Source: Bdellovibrionales bacterium
GTDB lineage: Bacteria > Bdellovibrionota > Bdellovibrionia > Bdellovibrionales > UBA1609
Direction of reading: 5' to 3'
NCBI GenBank assembly: GCA_965219095.1
Contig: CBDCMT010000001.1
Coordinates: 832,001-896,000, forward strand
DNA length: 64,000 bases
Shown: positions 31,628 through 42,767 of the stretch, in pieces
Numbering within the stretch: the first letter of the stretch is position 1
Layout: every line of letters begins with the position of its first letter
The notes under the pieces: generated by a model
What the model was told of the DNA's origin: nothing
The model's input: the letters and a program-made list of their open reading frames with translations, nothing else
The model's database searches: none
Position numbers and translations under genes: made by a program

Positions 31628-32725
31628 TTAAGAATCTAAAACCTTTTTTAAAATCTTTACAGCTACTTCGTTTTCCTTGCGAGAACCTACTGTCATTCTC
31701 AGTTCACTAGGATAATCATAAAACGTTCTTAAAATTAAACCTTCTTTTAAAAGTCTTCCATAAAATGCATTTAAATCTTTTTTGGGATCAATAAAAATAA
31801 AATTCCCTTGTGTCTTATAGTATTTTAATTTCATCAAATCAAATTGTTCGTATAAGTAATCAATCTCCTTGTGAATTTGTTTACATGTTTCTAACATAAA
31901 TTTTTGATTCTTTAAAACTTTTTCGGCCACAGTTTGAGCTACTGAACTCACACTAAAGGGACTTCGTATACGTAAAATTTCCCGAACACACTCTTCATCA
32001 GCCACCATGTAGCCTATTCTTAAACCCGCTAATCCATAAGCTTTACTGAAAGTTCTTAGAACCACTACATTCTTATGATCCTGAAACAACTTAATGCCAT
32101 CAAAAGTATCTTTAGTTCTCACAAACTCTTTATAAGCTTCATCTAGAACAAACTTTATATGAGGTTTTTGAAAAGCTAACTTCATAAGCTTGTTTAAATC
32201 TTCTTTCGAGCTACATAAACCTGTAGGGTTGTTAGGATTGGCTACGAACACAAGTCTTGGATTTTTCTTCTGTATTGTTTCGATAAGTTTAGTAATGTTT
32301 AAATTCATATCCTTTTGATAAGGGACTTCAAAAAAAGGAACTCTACAAACTTGAACCGCTAACTTGTAGCCTATAAAAGAACCCTTAGAAAACACAACGC
32401 AGTGGTTGGGATCAAGGGGATTACAGAAACGTTTGACAAGAAGTTCTATAAGTTCACTTGCCCCTGCCCCTAAGGCTATATTTTCTATAGGAATTTTTAG
32501 AACTTCACTTAAGGCGGATACAAGCTTATGACCTCTCGGAGAGGGATAAAGATGTAGATTTTTTAAACTCTCTAAAGCTTTTAAGGCTATTTTGTTTCTA
32601 TAGGCCGGAATTTCATTGCTTGCTAAACGATAAATATGAGAAGGGTTGTACTTTCTTTTGATTTCACTTAAACTTTGGCCTACTTTATAGGATTTTAGTT
32701 TTGAAATAGGATCTGACTTTGTCAT
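31628..32725 (-). CDS. hisC: Histidinol-phosphate / aromatic aminotransferase
   Basis: LASNE, NPNNPTG, DEAY, RTFSKAYGLAGLRIGY. Confidence 0.92.
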   Translation of the reverse strand: MTKSDPISKLKSYKVGQSLSEIKRKYNPSHIYRLASNEIPAYRNKIALKALESLKNLHLYPSPRGHKLVSALSEVLKIPIENIALGAGASELIELLVKRFCNPLDPNHCVVFSKGSFIGYKLAVQVCRVPFFEVPYQKDMNLNITKLIETIQKKNPRLVFVANPNNPTGLCSSKEDLNKLMKLAFQKPHIKFVLDEAYKEFVRTKDTFDGIKLFQDHKNVVVLRTFSKAYGLAGLRIGYMVADEECVREILRIRSPFSVSSVAQTVAEKVLKNQKFMLETCKQIHKEIDYLYEQFDLMKLKYYKTQGNFIFIDPKKDLNAFYGRLLKEGLILRTFYDYPSELRMTVGSRKENEVAVKILKKVLDS

Positions 32726-32776
32726 TAAGGTGTTATAGCTTAGTTAGAGAGAGTTTTCAAGCCTCTCTTTTTTAAG

Positions 32777-33997
32777 CTAGAGTAAGGTGATCTCCTCTTT
32801 TTCTTGAGAAAAGCTCTTTTTTATTCTTTCTAGATGTCCATCATCTAGAACTTCAATGATCATCTGGATTTCCACTTGTTTAGGGCCTAAATGATAGGAC
32901 ATGCGATCATGGACTACTTGTAAAATGTTTCCGCCACATTCACATACTTTTTGTGTAATTTTATTTAAAGTCCCAGGCTTATCCACCACTATAAACTTTA
33001 ACTCAACAAGATTACGGCGGAGAAAAAGATCTTTTTGAATCAGGCAGGAAAGGAGGTTTAAATCTACATTTCCTCCTCCTAAAATAAGCACTGTAGATTC
33101 ACCAAAATCCCATGAAGCTTTTAAGCTTGCAGCTAAGACTGCGGCTGCAGATCCTTCTACTAAAACCTTAGCTCTTTCTAAAAGAAAGATCATACTTGAG
33201 GCGATCTCTTCATCGGAAACACAAATGATATCATCTACGAGTTTTGAAACATAGGCTTCATACATAAGAGGGCTTGGTGTTTTCACACTAATTCCATCAG
33301 CCAATGTTATAGGCTTAAGGACAGAACTTAAGGGTTTGTTATGAAAAAGATTGTACATATCAGGAGAGTTATCACTCACAACACCGTAAACTTTGCACTC
33401 AGGCTTAAACGACTTGACGACCGTAGCTACACCACTGATAAGTCCTCCTCCTCCTATGGCTACAACAACAGAACTTACATCAGGACACTGGCTTATAATT
33501 TCAAAACCTAAGCTTGATTGTCCTCCTATGATGTAAGGATCCTCATAAGGGTGGATGAAAACAAGGGAGTGTTTTTTTTCAAGCTCCTTGGCCTTGGCAT
33601 AACTTTCGTCATAAAAATGGCCATGCAAAATCACTTCTGCCCCATAAGCTTGAGCGGCTTTAATCTTTACCACAGGAGCGTTTTTTGGCATAACAACTTT
33701 TGATAGAATACCTCTTTGAGTAGCAGCATAAGCAACCCCTTGAGCGTGGTTTCCTGCTGAAGCGGCAATAACACCTTTTTGACACTCTTCATCACTTAAA
33801 GAGTAAATTTTATTTAAGCCCCCTCTGACTTTAAAACTACCTGTAGTTTGTTTGTTTTCATATTTGAGATAAGCTTTCCTAGCTAATTTTTTAGAAACAT
33901 GTCGAGAAAGAAAAAGAGGGGTTTTCATCACTTTATCTTTTAAAAAGTCATATGATGTTTTGCAGAAGCCTAAAGAGATAGGATGTTCAGAACCCAT
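32777..33997 (-). CDS. ilvA: Threonine ammonia-lyase with C-terminal ACT domain
   Basis: TGSFKVRG, SAGNHAQG, GGGGL, DKPG. Confidence 0.92.
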   Translation of the reverse strand: MGSEHPISLGFCKTSYDFLKDKVMKTPLFLSRHVSKKLARKAYLKYENKQTTGSFKVRGGLNKIYSLSDEECQKGVIAASAGNHAQGVAYAATQRGILSKVVMPKNAPVVKIKAAQAYGAEVILHGHFYDESYAKAKELEKKHSLVFIHPYEDPYIIGGQSSLGFEIISQCPDVSSVVVAIGGGGLISGVATVVKSFKPECKVYGVVSDNSPDMYNLFHNKPLSSVLKPITLADGISVKTPSPLMYEAYVSKLVDDIICVSDEEIASSMIFLLERAKVLVEGSAAAVLAASLKASWDFGESTVLILGGGNVDLNLLSCLIQKDLFLRRNLVELKFIVVDKPGTLNKITQKVCECGGNILQVVHDRMSYHLGPKQVEIQMIIEVLDDGHLERIKKSFSQEKEEITLL

Positions 33998-34010
33998 AGT
34001 CCATTACAGA

Positions 34011-34235
34011 CTACCAAAAAACACTTAAACCTACAAGAGGTGCAAATTTCACATCTTCTCCCGGCTCCTCTCGCACCATAATAGCTTTAGATGAGATACC
34101 TAAGCCTATTTCAAAATCATTAAAGTGATAAAAAGGTGTGAGTTCAGCCTTACAGTTTGTGCATTCATCCACCCTTTTATTATAAGCTTTATTTAAGTTT
34201 GAGCAAATATGACATCTTCTAAAATAAATGTTCAT
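34011..34235 (-). CDS. Small zinc-ribbon hypothetical protein
   Basis: CHIC and CTNC pairs. Confidence 0.6.
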   Translation of the reverse strand: MNIYFRRCHICSNLNKAYNKRVDECTNCKAELTPFYHFNDFEIGLGISSKAIMVREEPGEDVKFAPLVGLSVFW

Positions 34236-34411
34236 AATTTTATTTTAAACAAGTCATAAAGAAATAAAAATGTTTTTTATCTAACACTTGATCAAATTTT
34301 TAACAAATGAAATGTTTTTTTACGCTAAGATTCTATAAGAAGCTTTTTTGAAATTTGAAAGCTATAAAATGATTTAAAAAAAATTTTGAAAGTGATCCAA
34401 ATTGAGACACT

Positions 34412-34861
34412 CTAAATTTTATTTTTGACTTCAAAAATTAAATTCCGAGCTTCAAGGGTTCCTGCAAAACTCAATTCAAGCTCTACACAAGGCCAATCTT
34501 GAGGCCAAAATCTTTCATCACTGATTTTTTCAGGCCATTCTATAAAGACCCAGCCTTTTTTAAAGAACAACAAATCCCATAAGCCCACTGTTTCTAAATC
34601 TTCTTCATTCTTTATACGATAAAGGTCTAGGTGAAAGATGCTTCTTTGTTGAAGTTGATATTCGTTCAAAAAACTAAAAGTCGGTGAACTAGCTGTTTCA
34701 TCACAAGCTACTAATTCTAGAACAAATTTCACTAGCTGAGTTTTTCCTGAACCCAAAGGGCCTTTGAGTAAAACCAACTGCCTTTCAGAGAAGTTATTTA
34801 AAAAAAAAGCTGTCAGTTTTTTAAGTTCTTCAAGGTTTTTGACAAAAAATTTTTGTTTCAT
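34412..34861 (-). CDS. tsaE: tRNA t6A biosynthesis ATPase
   Basis: GPLGSGKT, SPTF, HLDLYR, IEW. Confidence 0.96.
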   Translation of the reverse strand: MKQKFFVKNLEELKKLTAFFLNNFSERQLVLLKGPLGSGKTQLVKFVLELVACDETASSPTFSFLNEYQLQQRSIFHLDLYRIKNEEDLETVGLWDLLFFKKGWVFIEWPEKISDERFWPQDWPCVELELSFAGTLEARNLIFEVKNKI

Positions 34862-35262
34862 TCTTTACTTTCTTGAGATTTCTCAATGTGAAGAAAAAGC
34901 TTTTTAGGAGTTATAGAGAGAATTTTAACTCCCACAGGAGTGTTAATATCTTCTTTTTTGAGAAAAATAGTTTTCCAACCTAAGCTTTCATCATTAGCAT
35001 CGATGCTTATAATAGCACCGCTTTTGATGTATTTTTTCACACTTGACTCTGGTCCTGAAAGTCTCAAAGTTATATGCTTAGGAACTTCATTGGTAATCAC
35101 CAAATTAGAACCCAACAAAATCTGTAAAGGAAATTCATGAACTAAACCCCAACCCACTTTCCCTAAAATATTTACCCATAACAGAACACTAATTACTAAG
35201 GCTACGATCTTATAAAGCTTATTTTTAGAAAACAAATCAATTAAAAACTTTTTTAAACTCAT
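34858..35262 (-). CDS. cdaR: CdaR/YbbR-domain protein
   Basis: KIVALVISVLLW TM plus YbbR-like domain, downstream of cdaA. Confidence 0.85.
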   Translation of the reverse strand: MSLKKFLIDLFSKNKLYKIVALVISVLLWVNILGKVGWGLVHEFPLQILLGSNLVITNEVPKHITLRLSGPESSVKKYIKSGAIISIDANDESLGWKTIFLKKEDINTPVGVKILSITPKKLFLHIEKSQESKE

Positions 35263-35263
35263 T

Positions 35264-36061
35264 TTAACCTTTCTTTACAGTAAAAATATCGTACAGTTTC
35301 TTTCTCAAATCAACATGATCCATAGGGCTTGAAAACTTTCCTTTTTCAACATATATGACAGCTTTCTTTTCTTCACTGACAAGTAAAATAATAGCGTCCG
35401 TTTCTTCTGACAGGCCTAAAGCCGCTCTATGTCTTGTTCCTAAAGTTTTATCTAAGGCTGGGTTGTTGCTTAAAGGCAAAAAACAACCAGAATAGCTAAT
35501 TCTATTGTCTCTGATTAAAATAGCTCCATCATGAGTAGGGCTTCTAGAATTAAAAATAGCAAGCAACATTTCTGCACGAATATTACATTCCAGCTTTACT
35601 CCTGTTTCAATGTAATGATCTAAAGCCATATCTTTTTCTATAACTACTAAAGCACCTACTGCTCTTTGAGAAAGTTGTATTAGACCTTTTGAAAGTTCAT
35701 CCACAATGGAACCTTCTTTTATAGAAGAAATGCCTCTGGAAGAAGAAAAAACTTGCTTACTTCCTATTTGTATTAAAGCTTGGCGAATTTCTTTTTGAAA
35801 TAAAATCACAACAATCAAAATAAGCTGAGAGAAAAGAGCTTCTAGAAGCCAATTAAAAGTGATCAGTTCAAACAAAATAGATAGTGCATAAATCAAACCG
35901 ATAAAAGTGATTCCTAAAACTACTTGTAAAGAGCCTGAGCTTTTTGTAAAAAGCAGAATGCGGTATACAACAAGCCATACCAAAATTAAATCAATCACAT
36001 TTCGAAAAGATAACTCTTCTAAAATGATCTTCAGATCGGGCAAAAACAAAGAAAGGTTCAT
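35264..36061 (-). CDS. cdaA: Diadenylate cyclase
   Basis: Three TM segments, HDGA, GTRHRAA, VSEE. Confidence 0.96.
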   Translation of the reverse strand: MNLSLFLPDLKIILEELSFRNVIDLILVWLVVYRILLFTKSSGSLQVVLGITFIGLIYALSILFELITFNWLLEALFSQLILIVVILFQKEIRQALIQIGSKQVFSSSRGISSIKEGSIVDELSKGLIQLSQRAVGALVVIEKDMALDHYIETGVKLECNIRAEMLLAIFNSRSPTHDGAILIRDNRISYSGCFLPLSNNPALDKTLGTRHRAALGLSEETDAIILLVSEEKKAVIYVEKGKFSSPMDHVDLRKKLYDIFTVKKG

Positions 36062-36550
36062 CTTAAAAGTATCGGCTTTTTAAATAAAAATCTTAAGAAA
36101 AGGAGATTGTCCGTAAAGTCGTTAGGATTTGAAGAGGGGGCTCACCTGAGGTAAACTCAAGGTATTATTAACAAAAAATAGAAAAAAACCCCAAATGAAA
36201 GATACATAATATCGGTAAGTCAAAAAGATAGATCACTGGTTTAAGCCAGTAGTGACCCTGAAATACTTGTAGAAAGAGGTTGACTTTCCGAGACAAATTC
36301 TAAGCCCTTTAGCTGGTCTGGCTTTTAAGACCTCAAAATGTATAGTTTTAGTTTTCCCTTTTTTTCGATTAAGCCTGTGTTTTTACGAAGGCTTACTTGA
36401 AAAAAAGGAAAAAGGATCCTGTAAATTAGTCGAATGTGAAAAATGCACAAACAGCTAAAAACACTTGTTTTTTTGTAATTTTTGCATAAAAATAATTGCA
36501 AGGAAGTGGAAAAACAGATAAAAAACCTTGCAAAACAGAAAGGAAAAAAG

Positions 36551-37216
36551 ATGAGGCCAAAAGACATGTTCAGCACACAAAAGAGAAGCCCTCTTAATTT
36601 TAGAGTAAACGACATTGTTCATAAGAAGCATCCGCTTGTCATTTTAGCTAATAAAATAGACTGGGATCGTTTTGATAAAGTTTTTGGTTCGAAGTATGAT
36701 GAAAAAAAAGGTCGTCCAGGTCTTTCAACTCGTTTAATGGTGGGACTTCAGTGCTTGAAATACATTTATAATTTAAGTGACGAGAAGACAATAGAAATGT
36801 TCAAAGAGAGTCCTCAATGGCAGTATTTTTGTGGTCAGCCTTTTTATTCTTATGAAGATCCCTGTGATAGAAGTTCATTGACTAACTGGAGAAAGAGGAT
36901 GGGGGCTGAGAAGATAGAAGTTCTCTTAGAGGAAACCATTGATTTAGCTTTGAGAGAGGGTTTTGTAAAAAAAAAAGAGTTTGAGAATGTAGTTGTTGAT
37001 ACAACTGTTCAAGAGAAAGCAATAGCTTTTCCTACAGACAGCCGTCTTTATTACAAAGCTTTAAAGACTTTAGTTCACAGGGCTAAAAAAGAGGGTTTAG
37101 TTTTACGTCAAAGCTATAAAAGAAAGGCCAAGGAGTGTTTGTTTAAGAATGCTCGTTATGCTCATACAAGAAAAATACGTTTAGCAAGAAAACAGCAAAG
37201 AAAGCTTCATACTTAT
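36551..37216 (+). pseudogene. IS5-family (IS5 group) transposase, N-terminal part
   Basis: HPL..IDW..GRP..RLMVGL..QYFCG..VDTTVQEK..PTD; cut after RKLHTY. Confidence 0.88.
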
Positions 37217-38087
37217 CAAAGCTATCAGCGCTTATGGGGAGGAGAAGGCACGTTATGAAGCAGAGTTTAAGAGGCTAAGTAAAAAACACAAAGATATTAG
37301 AAATCTTAATAGCATTCCAGGAATTGGTTCTATCAAGGCTATCAAGATTGTAGCCAGGGTTGTAGTGCCTCACCGATTTAAACGTAATTCCTGGTGGAGT
37401 GGACTGCGGACTTGTAAAGCTACATAAAATGAGTAGTGGAAGGTCTTATGGAACTAAGAAGTCTAGGTTTTGCCCACAAATGAAAAGTGTTTTTAAGATA
37501 GCTGCACTCTCAGTTATAGGAAATAACAATGAATTTAATGATTTTTATGAAGAATTGATCAAAAAAAATTTACCACCACACACTGCTAGAAATGCTACCA
37601 ACTAGAAGAATTGCAGCTTTAACTTTAGGTGTTTTCAAGTCTGGGAAAAAATATAAACCTTATGGAGAACGTAAAAATGTAAATAATAATAAAACAACCT
37701 TATAAAATCATCTGTTTAAAGTTTCTTGCATAGTAAGTAACAATACAAATAATGACTTTATGAGGTGAGGATAGATAGCTTAATAAAAATGATATTTATA
37801 AAAAATTCATTTCGACGAATAGCACATCCTCTATTCCTGAAATTTACTATAATCTAAGGTTTTAAATCTTTGGAATTCATGATTTAAAACTAAAAAAGGT
37901 TCAGATAGACGCATAATAGGAATATGTTTGTTTTACAATGTGTAAAGGAAGAGTCATTAAAAATGGAAAGCAAATGCAGGAAGTTTTCTCTTAGGTGATT
38001 AGAATATTCATGACCGTATGCAAAAAAAATTTTTTATATTTTTTGTAAATGGAGAAGTGTTTTTTCTTGACATACTTTTTGATAGAC
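37217..38087 (+). mobile_element. IS110-family 3' remnant (transposase C-terminus plus ~380-nt right noncoding end)
   Basis: SIPGIG, CGL..MSSG, RRIAALTLGV..Y..Y across frameshifts; TTGACA near the end. Confidence 0.8.
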
Positions 38088-38170
38088 ACTCTAAAAATTT
38101 AACAGAGTTTGATTAAAAAGCCAGGACGCTATGCGTTAAAAGAATGTCGAATTAATTTTTGGAAATGGTA
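38088..38170 (-). repeat. Isolated IS630-C left end
   Basis: Matches 41265-41347 and 58893-58975. Confidence 0.85.
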
Positions 38171-38585
38171 TTATCACGCAAAAATCACGCAATTTTTTTT
38201 GATGGAAAGTCTTTTTCAAATAGGACTTTTGAGATTCATGTCGTCTGCCTGTGTCTGACCTATTTCTGACAACCCTAGCCCCTATTCTTTGAAAAAGCTC
38301 TTTAAAATCAAGGCTTTCAAGGCTTCATGTCGTCTGCTTGTCGTCTGACTTATTTTTACCGATTTAACTCCAACCCCTTAAAAAAGCCAATTATTGCCCA
38401 TTTTCTTATGTTAGTGACGAACAACCTATAACTATTTAATTTTACTGCTCTTTTTTTCCATAAAAATTTGTCACTAATCTGTTACTAACAAAAAAAACCC
38501 GTTACTAACAGCCTACTAACAAAATTTTGACTTTACTAACAATTACTAATAAACTCTAAAACTACTAAAAAAAAATGAGGTTTTT

Positions 38586-39890
38586 GTGAAAAATAACCCC
38601 TTTAACCCAAATTCAGTTGTTCAGCCTCGATTATTTGCTGGTCGTGTTGATCAAGTACGTCATGTCATCCGAAAAATGTCCCAGGTTCGGGATAAAATGC
38701 CTTCAAGTTTTGTTATATCTGGAGAGCGGGGTATAGGGAAAACAGCTTTAGCTAAACTTATAATGTTCATTGTTCAAGAGAAAGATGAAGTTTTTGAAAA
38801 TCTAAACTTTTTAACAACCTACTATACAGTGGAGAAAGATCAACCTTTTCGTTCTGCTTTTCAATCTTCCCTTAATTTATTAACCGATCAACTTCCCAAA
38901 ACAGCTATAGACAGACTTAACTCCCATTTAGGAAGTTTTTTCAAAGAAGGTAAATTTACGCTTGGGGCTTTTGGTGTTAAAGCAGAATTTGATAAGACTT
39001 TAGAAAAGTCTTCTGAAGATGATATATATCTTAAAGATCAAGCTACATCTATACTTACAAATATTCTTAAAGGGATAGAGGAAGATAAATTGAAAAAAGA
39101 AAAAGAAAATACTTCTCCAGACGGAGTACTTATTGTTTTGGATGAGATTCACAATGTTAAAAATATTGATGGTATAGCTCAAATTTTAAGGAGTGTTATA
39201 ACTACTTTAGATATGAACGGACATGGAAATATAGTTTTTCTAATTATTGGTTATCCTGAAGCAGTTAAGAATTTTTTTAAAGGCGATCCTTCAGCGAAAA
39301 GAAGTTTTGATATGCTCCCTTTGGGAATAATGCCGGATAATGAAGCAGAACAAATATTAACAAAAGGACTTGATCAAGCTCAAATCAAATACGATAAATC
39401 AGTCATTAGCAATAATATAGACAAAGCCGGTGGTTATCCACATTCTATTCAAGTTTTAGGACATAATTTAGTTGAAATTGACAGTGACAACCATATTGAT
39501 CAGGAAGATTGGACACAAGCTATAAAGCAAACAGCTTTGGAGCTTCAACATAAAGATTTTTCACATCTCTACAGTTTCAATGGAAAAGTTAGACAAAGGG
39601 ATGAAGTGCTAAATATTTTAGCACTAATGCCAGAACCAGTATTAAAATCTGATTTAGGAAAAGAATTTAATAAAAAAAATAAAAATATATATGCTAGATC
39701 CTGTTTGCCTGAATTAAAAAAAATAGGGGCTATAAAAGAAGAACCGGAAACAGGATTGCTTTCTTTACAATCTTACCTTTTTAAGTCAGCTATCAGCCTG
39801 CATATAGCCTCTCAATCAGATGAAAAAAAATTACAATTGGAATGGTATCAGGTATATAAAAAATTATTAGAGGGAAAAGAGAATATATAA
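38586..39890 (+). CDS. P-loop ATPase (AAA_16/STAND-like) with probable C-terminal winged helix
   Basis: NPF..FAGR, Walker A GERGIGKT, Walker B LIVLDEIH, GGYP. Confidence 0.85.
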   Translation: MKNNPFNPNSVVQPRLFAGRVDQVRHVIRKMSQVRDKMPSSFVISGERGIGKTALAKLIMFIVQEKDEVFENLNFLTTYYTVEKDQPFRSAFQSSLNLLTDQLPKTAIDRLNSHLGSFFKEGKFTLGAFGVKAEFDKTLEKSSEDDIYLKDQATSILTNILKGIEEDKLKKEKENTSPDGVLIVLDEIHNVKNIDGIAQILRSVITTLDMNGHGNIVFLIIGYPEAVKNFFKGDPSAKRSFDMLPLGIMPDNEAEQILTKGLDQAQIKYDKSVISNNIDKAGGYPHSIQVLGHNLVEIDSDNHIDQEDWTQAIKQTALELQHKDFSHLYSFNGKVRQRDEVLNILALMPEPVLKSDLGKEFNKKNKNIYARSCLPELKKIGAIKEEPETGLLSLQSYLFKSAISLHIASQSDEKKLQLEWYQVYKKLLEGKENI

Positions 39891-39934
39891 TTTTAAAAAC
39901 TTATACGAAAGAAGAGATGAAAACTTTAATGTTA

Positions 39935-41347
39935 TACCAATTACAGAAATTAATTCGACATTTTTATGTTCAAATTTAAAATTTTAAAATTGACTTAAGG
40001 AAAAGTTTCAATTAGGAGGCTTTAAAAAAGTTTTTTTTGAAGGGAGGTTGAGTTTTCATAAGATATGTTTATTTTATGTATATCTATTGTTGTGTGAATC
40101 GATTGATGGGTTAAAATAAGTGTAAAAAAGTGAGGTTAAGATGTAAAATGAAAAAAATCAGTTACGCAATTTAATTTATAGGTTCAAATTAATTTACAAG
40201 CTTGATTCATCTTGTTGTTTTGCCCAAGATCGAGTGCATAATTTTTTAATCCTGCCCTCCTGATCGCAAAAAGTATTCCAGGCCTCACAACAAGTATTCA
40301 GTATATGGTCATAGTTTTTAAAACATGCATTCGATAATTTGATCCTTCGTAATTGTTGCCAGACTTGTTCCATGGGATTTAATTCTGGACTATAAGGAGG
40401 TAAAGGCATCAGGGATAAATTCTTAGGAACTATCAAAGTCTCTGTGGTATGCCAACTGGCTCTGTCCATTAAAACAATTCCATGATAGTTTTCTTGAATA
40501 TTTTTAGATATCTCATCTAAGTGAATTTGCATCATCCCTGAATTACATTCCGGTAAAATCCAAGCACAGCCTTTATCTTTATCCGGACAAACTGCTCCAA
40601 AAATATAAGTGGATAAAAATTGTCTTTGCCTCACAACTCTAGGCCGTGTGCCTTTTCTTGCCCAAATCCTACTCAAAGAACCTTGCTGAGCTTATTCTGC
40701 ATTCATCCTGCCACCAAATCTCTATTTTATGAGTCTGAATCTTTTCCTTTATTTTCTCCACCTCTTCTGGAAAATGTTCCTTAAACTGTTCCATAGCTTC
40801 TTAATGAACTTTTAGGATGAAGAGAACGACCACTGATCCATACAATATTAAGACGGTCTAAAGAAACATAAACCCCAGAAAGAGAATAGCAACAGTCAAA
40901 TTCATTTGCTAAAAGTTCCTGTATTCCCTTTGCTCCTATGCTTCCTCCTTCTCTCTTGTCTTGAATTTCATCTAACTTGATTTTGAAGTTCTCTTCTTCT
41001 GTCACTGGTAAACGAGGCTTGCGCCCTCTGCCTTCTCGATCTATCAACCCCTCGTAATCAAAGTCTACAAAAAAAGACTGTAACCAGGATTTGATACTGT
41101 GACGGTGATAGAAAACTATACTTGCTGTTTCTTGAATCGATTTTCCTTCTTGCATATGCTGCAAAGCTTGGAGTTTTATCTTGATGTTGGCACTTCTTTC
41201 TACTTTGTAAGTAGCTAGAAAATCATACCCTTGAATTTGTGTAACTAAATCTTTTTTCGACATGACTCTAAAAATTTAACAGAGTTTTATCAAAAAGCCA
41301 GGACGCAATGCGTTAAAAGAATATCGAATTAATTTTTGGAAATGGTA
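39935..41347 (-). mobile_element. IS630-family element C, frameshifted transposase (40781-41263, 40194-40676)
   Basis: Imperfect TIR TACCA.T..A.AAATTAATTCGA; MDRASWH, LPPYSPELNPME. Confidence 0.9.
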
Positions 41348-41485
41348 TTATTGGTGTTTAATTTAAAGAATCCCAGAATCAACTTGCTAGTGCAACCGAG
41401 AGGTAATGACAAGCTGAGAAAAAAGTAGCCACCAGACGATTTCATGGCAATCTCAGTTTTGAATAAAAAAAAGGAGGTTGTACTA

Positions 41486-42357
41486 GGGCGTGTCCTCATT
41501 TGACTGGACCTTTGCTTTGAAGTTTAAGCCAAATAAACATACACGCTATAGATAGTATAGCTTTGAAATTTCTAGCAAGCTTTTCAAATCGAGTAGCAAT
41601 GCCTCTAAAATGTTTAAGACGAGCAAAAAGGTTTTCTATCTGATGTCGAGATTTATAAATATGACGATCAAAATCTTTATTTTTCTTTTTGCTATTTTTT
41701 CGTCTCGGTATTACAGGCTTTATCTTCTTACTATGAGCTTTATCTCGTATCTCATCTGAATCATAGGCCTTATCAGCAATCAAATACTCACTATGAAACT
41801 CATCAATTAAATCACCTGCAACTTGACTGTCGTGGACTTCACCCCCAGTGATTTTAAAACAGAGTGGATTTCCATGCGCATCGGAGGCCATGTGTATTTT
41901 TGTTGTGGATCCACCTCTAGATTTTCCCACAGCACGACTTTCTCCACGCCGAGCTCCACTAGCATGCTGATGAACCGATACGTAACTTCCGTCGATGGAC
42001 ACCCACTCTGTATCAACTTCTTCTTGTAAAGCAAAAAAAAATCATTCCATAACCCTTTTTGTGCCCACCTATTAAAGCGATTATATGCTGTCTTCCAAGG
42101 ACAGAACTGTTCAGGAATGTCACGCCACGGACTGCCTGTACGTAATTTCCATAAAATGGCTTCCATAATATTTCTATTGTTTGCTGAATGATAACAGCCC
42201 TTCCCTCTTAATAATAGCTTCCAGATCCTTTCACATAGAATCTGTTAAAACTTTTCTTAACATAAATACCCCCTTTGTTATGAGCTTTTTACAATCTTTA
42301 TAAATATTCAACAGGCCTAAGGTCTTGAAAAAGGTCTAGGCAAATGAGGACACGCCC
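41486..42357 (-). mobile_element. IS5 (IS427-like) copy 2; TGG>TGA early in orfA
   Basis: Same TIRs as 560-1431; CTAG site. Confidence 0.95.
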
Positions 42358-42680
42358 TAGTGAATTGCAGTTAGGTCTTAAAAAAAAGTGAAATTATAAA
42401 TAAAGAACCTCCGGGAACCCATAGATTCTTTTGAGGAGGCGATTTTTAAAAGAAAAGATTGAACATCATAATCTAAAGAATGAAAACTAAAGCCTGTTGT
42501 TTGAACTCATCTGTGTATAAAAACTTTTACGATTTAAATTCTTTCCTATTTATTTCTTTCATGTTCAATGTTTGTTTCTGCTTTGGCTTACAGGCTCCTT
42601 TGGTTAGTTACTGATGCACTGCATTATTTCTTAGAAATTTCTTATTTTGAGTTCACTTTTTCAACCCAGTCCACTTTTTA

Positions 42681-42767
42681 TGGTCCCTCGGGGGAGAATC
42701 GAACTCCCATGCTCAAATGAACATACGATTTTGAGTCGTACGCGTCTACCAATTCCGCCACCGAGGG
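42681..42767 (-). tRNA. tRNA-Leu(CAA)
   Basis: CCCTCGG/CCGAGGG acceptor stem, anticodon loop CTCAAAA, long variable arm, TTCGATT, encoded CCA. Confidence 0.96.

Noticed and set aside
34858..36061. c-di-AMP synthase in a Gram-negative organism as a novelty
   Set aside because: cdaA-cdaR is established in former Deltaproteobacteria.
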